DNA from: Eledone cirrhosa
Taxonomy: Eukaryota
Assembly: GCA_964016885.1 (NCBI GenBank)
Contig: OZ024743.1
Location: 306,094,001-306,158,000, forward strand
Length of the DNA: 64,000 bases
Direction: 5' to 3'
In this document: positions 56,187 to 64,000 of the stretch, in pieces
Layout: every line of letters begins with the position of its first letter
Position numbering within the stretch: the first letter of the stretch is position 1
Program-made: the position numbers and the translations under genes
Notes under the pieces: model-generated
What the model was told of the DNA's origin: nothing
Databases searched by the model: none
Seen by the model: only the letters and a program-made list of their open reading frames with translations

Positions 56187-56846
56187 TGGGGATTCCTTTC
56201 TTTGTTTTTGTGCCTCTCCTTTGTTCTGTCCTACGCCATTTTGTTTCTGTGTGTGTGTTGTGTGCTCAGTCTGCGCATGCGCCACATCCGGGTGTCTGTG
56301 TGTGTTTATGTTCATTTATTTATTTGTTTATTTACATTTTACTGGTTGGTTGTTTGTTCTATGTGTGTGTATTCATTTTGTCCTTAATTGTAAGTTGTGA
56401 TGTTGCTGTTCCACTCATATTTTCTATATAATTTTGGTTGTAATTCTTTTATGTTTATTGCCTCTGTGATTTGTCTAAACATTGCGTCTTTTCTGTGTGT
56501 AGATTCTATTTTTATTTCTATGTTCTCTAATTTACCCTTGTGTTCTATTTTAGCATGTTGGTAGAGTACAGATGATTCTTTACTATCTTGAAGGTCTCGC
56601 CAGTGTTCATTTATCCGTTCCCCTACACTACGAGCTGTCTCACCTATGTACACTATATTGTTGTCTCTACATTGTCCTTCAGTACATCTTATGCTATACA
56701 TTACATTTCTAGTTTTACAGTTAATATGGGGGCTTATTTTACAGGTTATACATTTCTTATCTATACATGAGGGTCTTTGAAAAGGGTATGTCTTGCTAAT
56801 AATTGTTTTTACGGAGGTACCTGGTCTTTCTACTATCTTAATATTG

Positions 56847-57290
56847 AGACCAAGTACCTCCGTAAAAACACTTATTAGCAAGACATACCCTTTACAAAGA
56901 CCCTCATGTATAGATAAGAAATGTATAACCTGTAAAATAAGCCCCCATATTAACTGTAAAACTAGAAATGTAGTGTATAGCATAAGATGTACTGAAGGAC
57001 AATGTAGAGATAAAAATATAGTGTACATAGGTGACACAGCTCGTAGTGTAGGGGAACGGATAAATGAACACAGGCGAGACCTTCAAGATAGTAAAGAATC
57101 ATCTGTACTCTACCAACATGCTAAAATAGAACATAAGGGTAAATTAGAGAACATAGAAATAAAAATAGAATCTACACACAGAAAAGACGCATTGTTTAGA
57201 CAAATCACAGAGGCAATAAACATAAAAGAATTACAACCAAAATTAAATAGAAAATATGAGTGGAATAACAACATCACAACTTACAATTAA
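56847..57290 (+). pseudogene. GIY-YIG endonuclease domain (C-terminus of a Penelope-like ORF), 5'-truncated
   Basis: Cys-rich linker followed by VVY...YIG...R..EH...E...LN. The frame is open to the stop at 57290, with no RT upstream. Confidence 0.85.
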
Positions 57291-57491
57291 GGACAAAATG
57301 AATACACACACACACATAGAACAAACAACCAACCAGTAAAATGTAAATAAACAAATAAATAAATGAACATAAACACACACAGACACCCGGATGTGACGCA
57401 TGCGCAGACTGAGCACACAACACACACACAGAAACAAAATGGCGTAGGACAGAACAAAGGAGAGGCACAAAAACAAAGAAAGGAATCCCCA

Positions 57492-57534
57492 GTCACTGAA
57501 GAGGTCACAGAGTGTGTGACGAAAGAACTATGAC
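57492..57534 (+). ncRNA. Minimal type I hammerhead ribozyme motif
   Basis: GTCA-CTGAAGA-G-GTCACA(GAGTG)TGTGAC-GAAA-G(AA)C-TA-TGAC: stem I GTCA/TGAC, core CUGANGA and GAAA, 6-bp stem II, vestigial stem III, CUA cleavage triplet. Confidence 0.75.
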
Positions 57535-57988
57535 AATATATAAACAACTATCTGGTTGTGGAACCAACCAACCAACCAGAAATTTATAAATTTATAAATT
57601 TATTATAAATTTATTATAATAAATTGAAGTGAAAGTGACTGGTGCGTGTGTTTCTTATTGGCAACATGACCCTCCCAAAGTACAACAATATCGGTTTCAA
57701 CACACGATTTCAGATAAAGAATCTTGCTAAACAAATTCAGAAACGAAATATATATATATATATATATATATTTAAAATAACAGATTAAAGTTTAAGCAAA
57801 GAATCGCTGCTTTCACCCTTAACGAGATCTTCTGAAACTAACAAAGTCAATCTGTGAACGCAGAAGTAAATATTTCAAAAAACGTTGCAACTGGAGGAAG
57901 ACAGGAAGACGATACTTTGGTTCGTGGAAACGTTCCCTGGCAAAGAACGGGAAAAAACGAATATAATACGTCATTATTGGGAGCAGTG

Positions 57989-58098
57989 AATCCCGCCAAG
58001 GTTAACTTTGCCTTTCATCCTTACGGGGTCGATAAAATAAAGTATCAGTAATGCATTGGGTAATTGCTGGCCTTGTGCCTAACGTAGAAACAATTATT
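57989..58098 (+). mobile_element. 5'-truncated SINE with probable target-site duplication
   Basis: SINE body and tail flanked by GGAGCAGTGAA (57980-57990) and GGATCAGTGAA (58100-58110). Confidence 0.75.
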
Positions 58099-58984
58099 TG
58101 GATCAGTGAAAAACAATTACACGCAAAGACAAAACCACGTTTATGGTATAAAAGTAGTCATAGACTAATATTCTATTAGGTGGTTCATAGAGACGTTCTC
58201 TGGCAATGAACGGAAAAAAACGAAGATAATACGTCATATGTGGAGTGAGGAGAACAATTGCACGCAAAGATAAAACTACGTAAATGGTAAAACTGAAGTC
58301 GTAGACTAAAATTCAAACTAGGAAACAGAATGATTCTCGGCTTCAGAGTTAAGAATAAAGTAAATAAAATACAGAGGAAATTGAAATAAAATAAATACAT
58401 ACACACATCCATATACGGACATACACAAGCATACGCGAAAACACTCGCCATAGGTATACAAATAAACGCACGTACATAAAAGAAAAACCCGCACACACAT
58501 ACAGAACCCATGCAACGCCTGTACCCGCACGCATACGAATGTATACACCAAATACACATAAAAATATATATATATAAAAAAATATATATATATGTGTGTG
58601 TGTGCGTGTATACATATAATTAAATAAACGTATATAAATAAATAAATACGTATATAACAAGCGCACACACATACCTACATGTAAATACACATATGTTCGG
58701 AGACGACGTCAACCAAAACACAAAGTACACATATACACACACCCTACGAACCCGCATACTCACACAGACGCAAAACTCACGTATACACATAACCAAAAGC
58801 ATATGTACCAGAATATATAATATATAAGCCATAACATATACAATCAAATATACGTACGAGAAAGTATACGTACCTTCACAAAACATACAGCTAATATATA
58901 CTTACCTATACAAATAAGTAATGGTATAAACATAACTTATACTTAGCTACCACATGAAGACGTAAAATATCCGCGTATAGTTCG

Positions 58985-61140
58985 TACTATCCGTTAGGGT
59001 ATAATGTGTGGCTGTAATACAGGAAAGTGTTGTGCAATTTATGTTTACAAGCCGAAATTGCCTCAGATTTTTTGTTTAAAATGTGGTCTTTGGCGTAGAG
59101 TATTTCTAGGGCCTCAGCGGCGCTAAGGTCACATGGTCTTTTATTTCCGTTATACGATCTAGTCCCAAGCTAGGATCTCCCAGTGTAACTTATATTGGGT
59201 GTGGTTGTCTTTTAGACGCCAGATATAAGCTGAAAGTGACGTCATATTACTTCTTAAGGGGTTACGAAAAGAATGGGTATGCATGTAAAGACGCTGCTCG
59301 AATCTATTGGCGGTTAACCCTATGTAGGCCCTACGGGACGTGGGTGTTTCAACCTTACATTTGTAGACAATGTTACTAGAGAGGCATTTCCCGGATAGGG
59401 GGCAGTCAACCCGATTCCTACAATTACAGTTAGTACTAACTACAGGGTTGCACGTGTTCCTACGGCTAGGTAGTTTAGCTAAATTTGAAGCTGTGATGTT
59501 ATGTGCAAGGTTGGGAGTCGTAGAGTAAGAAATTTTAATAGCATTTCTATTAAAAATTTTAATATATTTATGTGTAGGGGAAAATGCTTCATAATAAAGG
59601 AGTGAAAGATCTTAGCTAATGGTGTGGCCACCTCCATATTATATGGTGGGTTATACCATATAATGCGTCGGGATCTATTTCTTCTAGGTCTATTCTCCTA
59701 CTCTGTATATGCTACCTTATCGACAAATCCACTCCGAGCAAGAGCTTCATTGTAATATGCGGAATGGTCGTTGAAAATATGCTCGTTAGTAGATAGACGG
59801 GAAAGCCTCAAAGAAACGTTTCTTACCATGTTCTTGGTTATGCTGGCAGGATGGTTAGAATGCTTACTTATGTAATTAAGCGTGTCATTCGGCTTTCTAT
59901 ACGGGTAATGCAAGCCATTCGATAGATTGAGGGTAACGTCGAGATAATTAACGGCCGAGAGGTTGGCCTCAACCTGTATGGAGAGGTTGAAGCCTTTAAA
60001 GAAGGCTGTGAGTTCTTTCCTGAACCTGTCGCAAGCACGTGGACCGCACTTAGTCATGGTCAAGAGACCATCATCACGGCACAAACCACCGCCCACGTTG
60101 GGGAATTCTTCCTTGATAGAGAAAGGCCGATAAGATCAGTAACCTCCGCAGAATCGCTGGCGCCCATACTCACGTCGAATGGGGTACTATTAGATTTGTT
60201 AATCCAAATAGAGTCGTCGCAATTAATCACCGACTTACGGGCATTGAGGATGACATCAACTTCGAAATCTGTAACCACTGTGAGTGTTTTAGCGAAATTG
60301 ATAGCTCTAAGGAGAAGTGGTAAAGTGATGGAGGAGTAGTAATTATTGATGTCGAATTGGATAAAACGGCAATGTTCCTTGTTGCATATACCGTTGAACC
60401 AATCAATCACCGCGAAAGAATTCTTCCACGGTGCAAGAGGGGCCAAACTTCTAATTTCAGGTATAATTCTATCAAGAATCCTTTTACTAAGTCTACCTAA
60501 ATCGGACTTCGTATGGTTAATAAGCCGAATATAGGGGTTGTTCGGAAAATTGGATTTGTGATCCTTCAGGGTAAAGTGGGGAGAAAAAGGGTCCAGAGGT
60601 TCATCCGGTCCAGGATGTTGAGATCAGAGGTAGTTTTAAACCCAGCATCGTTGATTTCATTAATGACGCTCCGATTAGTTTTACGGTAATGCTTAGTTAC
60701 AGCATTATGTAGCAGTTGAAGGTAAGTACTGCGCTCCAATCGATATAGATTGCCAGTTTTGTCGGAATGGACGTGCATGGCATTAGAATCCTTAATAGAA
60801 CGAATTCTATTCTTCAGGTCCTGATGGAAGGAATTGCTCCTCTTCTGGAATTTGATACTACGTATGAGTTCCAAGACATCATTTTCGAAGGGTAGCAAAG
60901 CTGGGTTACTCGGGGGGTTATTATAGGTTTTAAACCCAAATTATCCTGTTTGTTGTCTGCTTTTCCTTGATTATCGAAATAAAAGGCACGCCTGCGTAAC
61001 CTTTTAATGAACGCGTCTGTTTTCTGTATCAGGAGTTTTAGGTATGTTTTTCTGCTTGGTACGGGTATGTTCTTTGTAGAAATATTCAGATGTTGTTTCT
61101 GCATGATGAATATAAGTCAATAGAGTGCTCAACCGAGGGA
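58985..61140 (-). mobile_element. Penelope-like retroelement, near full-length RT + GIY-YIG ORF, disrupted
   Basis: N-terminal STKNIPVPS; RT motifs QFDINNYYSSIT, FDVSMGASDSAE, GLCRDDGL, NYLDVTLNL, YRKPND and SNHP; hand translation of 59.2-59.4 kb gives NIVYKCKV...AYIGLTANRFEQR. Multiple frameshifts and stops. Confidence 0.92.
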
Positions 61141-61215
61141 CGGTTCTTATATACTTGATATATATTTATCCTTATCGAGCCCTCTTTGGATTTTAGTCTT
61201 CAAAATTATTATTCT

Positions 61216-61249
<34 letters not shown>

Positions 61250-61253
<4 letters not shown>

Positions 61254-62830
61254 CTGTCCAGCATTATAACCACTGTTATCTCTCAATTTGGAGAAGTATC
61301 TGCTTTATCTGGAGTGACTCTCTGATTTCCGAGCTACGTACCCTATCGAGTAACGTTACTCCAAAGACCCTACGGAGGAAGCCCATTTCGGGTTGGCACG
61401 AGTACGGAATTGGAGATTGCGAGTTTGGCTTTTGCACCTTCCTTTTTCTGATTACTGAATGCTGAATGTCTCTACTTGCCTCAAAGGAACTCCATTTACA
61501 TGTAGTGTGCACTGCGCAGGCTTCCTTGAGAGGACAAGCGTCTCAGCTTTTGCAGCAGTGATTTTCATTCCAGCCATGCATCACTCGGCACCAAACCTAT
61601 CAAATGCAAGTCGAATATCACCTTCTGTCAAGTTCAGTAACACCATGTCGTTTGTAAATTCCAGTCGATTTATTTCACCCCCGCCAGTTATGATACTACT
61701 TCCACCCCGGCTGCGTATGTCAATCCTATTCATGATAATAATGAACATGAGAGTTGACAGTACGTACTCTTGACGGAGTCCGACTCCCACATTCAATGGT
61801 TCAAATGTAGGATCATTTATCCGAAAATAAATACTTGGCATTCGTATACAGTCTTCAGGGCAGCAAGGAGCTGACCATCGATCCCATACTCCTGTAAGAC
61901 CTTCCACAGCAAGTCCCGAGGAATCTGGTCATATGCCTTTTTACGGTCGACAAAACAAGAATATTCCTCTTGGCAATACTCCCACGATTTCTAAAATACC
62001 TGCCGTAGTGTAAATATTTCGTTGGCTGTGCTGCGTTCGGTCGAAAACCACACTGTTAATCAACTAGCTTGGACTCGACAATCTCCCTGCATCTCTTTGC
62101 CAGAGCTTAGCACAGACTTTACCAGGGACGGTAAACAAGGAGATCCATCTGTAATCTGAACACTCTCGCTTGTCTCCTTTTTGAAAATTTAGATTATCAC
62201 TCCCGATCGCCATTGCTTTGATTCCTTTTCAGAGATTCAAGCCACCAAGAGCACACGAATTAGCCAGAGTAAACTCTATTTCAGGCTTTTAACATTGCGA
62301 GTTCGATTTCATCTTCCCCAGCTGCCTTGCCACATTTCAGCACTTTTACTGCACTTATGATCTCAGCCTCTGAGAGATTAGTCATCGCTCCCAGATGCAC
62401 ATCGTGTACATCAGAAGATTCTTTTGTGGTCGGGTTTAGAAGATGAGCAAAGTATTCTCTCCACTTCCCGAGGATGCACATCTCTGAGGAGAGGAGAATC
62501 TCAGATGCGCTCTGGATTGCAGTTGCTGAGAAGGGCTTCTTATTACCTTTACTGTCTCTACTGCGATTCTCCGTGCTTGTTTGTACCGCAAGTCCAAGAA
62601 TGAGGACTTATTTCCAACCAAGATTTGTAAGCCTCCTTCTTTGCTCGGATGGCATCTTTGACTTCTTTATTGAACCAGGCGGCCCTCATGCCATCCGGCG
62701 CCACATCAGCGTCTTTCGCCCGCAGCATTTAATAGCTGAAGCAGAAACTGGTGAGGTGAACAATCTTCGCACTGGCTCAACGTCCTCGGTTTGCTCAGGG
62801 AGTTCTCTGAATTCTGATGCAATAGTTTGT
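61250..62830 (-). mobile_element. RTE-like LINE ORF2 fragment, decayed
   Basis: GKAAGEDEI, GVGLRQEYVLSTLMF (GxRQG..LSP-like), LEFTNDMVLL (FADD-like) and FLRRVFGVTLLDRVRS. Confidence 0.85.
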
Positions 62831-62870
62831 GTATGGATATATATGTATGTTAATGTATGTACATGATGTA

Positions 62871-62964
<94 letters not shown>

Positions 62965-62967
<3 letters not shown>

Positions 62968-63277
62968 ATGCTGCCAATAAAAAACACACGCACCTGTTGG
63001 TTTTCACTTCAATTTAATCTAATAGTATGGTTGATTATATATTGTCACACATTATGTGACCTCCTCAGTGGTTTTGTGTCTCTCATTTGTTGTGTCATTC
63101 CACCATCTTGTTTTTGTGTAGGATAAAACAAAGGAGAGACACTAAGTAAAACCTAGTCACTGAGGAGGTCACAGAATGTGTGACAATATATAATCAACCA
63201 TCCGGTTATCGAACCAGCCAGCCAACCAACCGAAAATTTATAATAAATTTAAGTGAAAACCAACAGGTGCGTGTATT
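62965..63277. mobile_element. Short fold-back pLTR remnant related to the 56-57.7-kb Penelope-like family
   Basis: Starts GTCATGCTGCCAATAAAAAACACACGCACC (compare 56019 GTCATGTTGCCAATAAGAAACACACGCACC). ACACGCACCTGTTGGTTTTCACTT pairs with AAGTGAAAACCAACAGGTGCGTGT. Flanked by (TA)n on both sides. Confidence 0.85.
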
Positions 63278-63327
<50 letters not shown>

Positions 63328-63545
63328 TATATATATGTATGTATGTATATATATGTATATATGTATGTATATATATGTGTATATATATGTATGTATATAT
63401 ATATGTATGTATATATATATATATATGTATATATGTATATGTATGTATGTACCTATGTATATATGTATGTATATATGTGTGTATGTGTATATATATATAT
63501 ATATATTTACATATACACACACACATATATATATATATTGTTATC

Positions 63546-63636
<91 letters not shown>
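63278..63636. repeat. (TA)n/(TATG)n microsatellite
   Basis: Direct inspection. Confidence 0.95.
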
Positions 63637-63640
<4 letters not shown>

Positions 63641-64000
63641 ACATAAACAGAGAAAGCCTTAAGCGATACTCCGACCAACTCCATCTCACTCAACAAACAT
63701 TAGGATATACCTAAATATTATCCCAATTTAGTGTTTGGGGTGCTAACTAATCAGTATTGCGTGGATAGCTGGTTGTATTATTTTATATGAGACATTATTA
63801 AATAAATATCTCTTCCTTCCAGATGGCCGTTTCGTTATAAGATTTCTACAATTTGGAATAAATAATTTCCAGGTTATGTAGAAACTTGTATATAATCCAT
63901 AGTTTTAATCACAAGCGGGTTCTTATAAACTCATCAGTGGATGCCCAAGTAATATCGATATAAGAATTATATCAACATTAATAGAATGGTGATGGTCTCC

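Noticed and set aside
56384-57037. A 217-aa stand-alone endonuclease gene
   Set aside because: Its N-terminal ~60 aa is antisense read-through of the opposite arm. The real homology is a truncated PLE C-terminus.
63640-64000. Possible retroelement fragment at the window end
   Set aside because: No recognisable motif was found by eye and the frames contain stops.

Overview
Repeat-dominated eukaryotic (animal) genomic DNA with no recognisable intact host gene. The SINE motifs and very dense (TA)n/(CA)n/(CT)n tracts suggest a cephalopod such as Octopus; this is an inference and was not searched. Bases 1-~34,745 are one tandem satellite of 59/60-bp dyad-rich monomers (~580 copies by length) with higher-order structure, including an apparently identical 8,459-bp tandem duplication. 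The ~200 ORFs called there are read-throughs of the monomer. The remaining ~29 kb is decayed mobile DNA: a hAT transposon with TIRs, a CRE-clade RLE retrotransposon with a PHD-like N-terminus plus a detached 3' fragment, a Penelope-like RT/GIY-YIG element, RTE-like fragments, many tRNA-derived SINEs, a MITE, a probable Helitron 3' end and a 14/28/84-bp minisatellite. The most notable signal is a set of fold-back Penelope-like ends carrying minimal type I hammerhead ribozyme motifs: a 1.7-kb GIY-YIG palindrome with an intact-looking motif in each arm, a related short palindrome whose motif lost its GAAA, and a third unrelated hairpin with a long-stem-II motif. All alignments were done by eye, so coordinates may be off by several bases.
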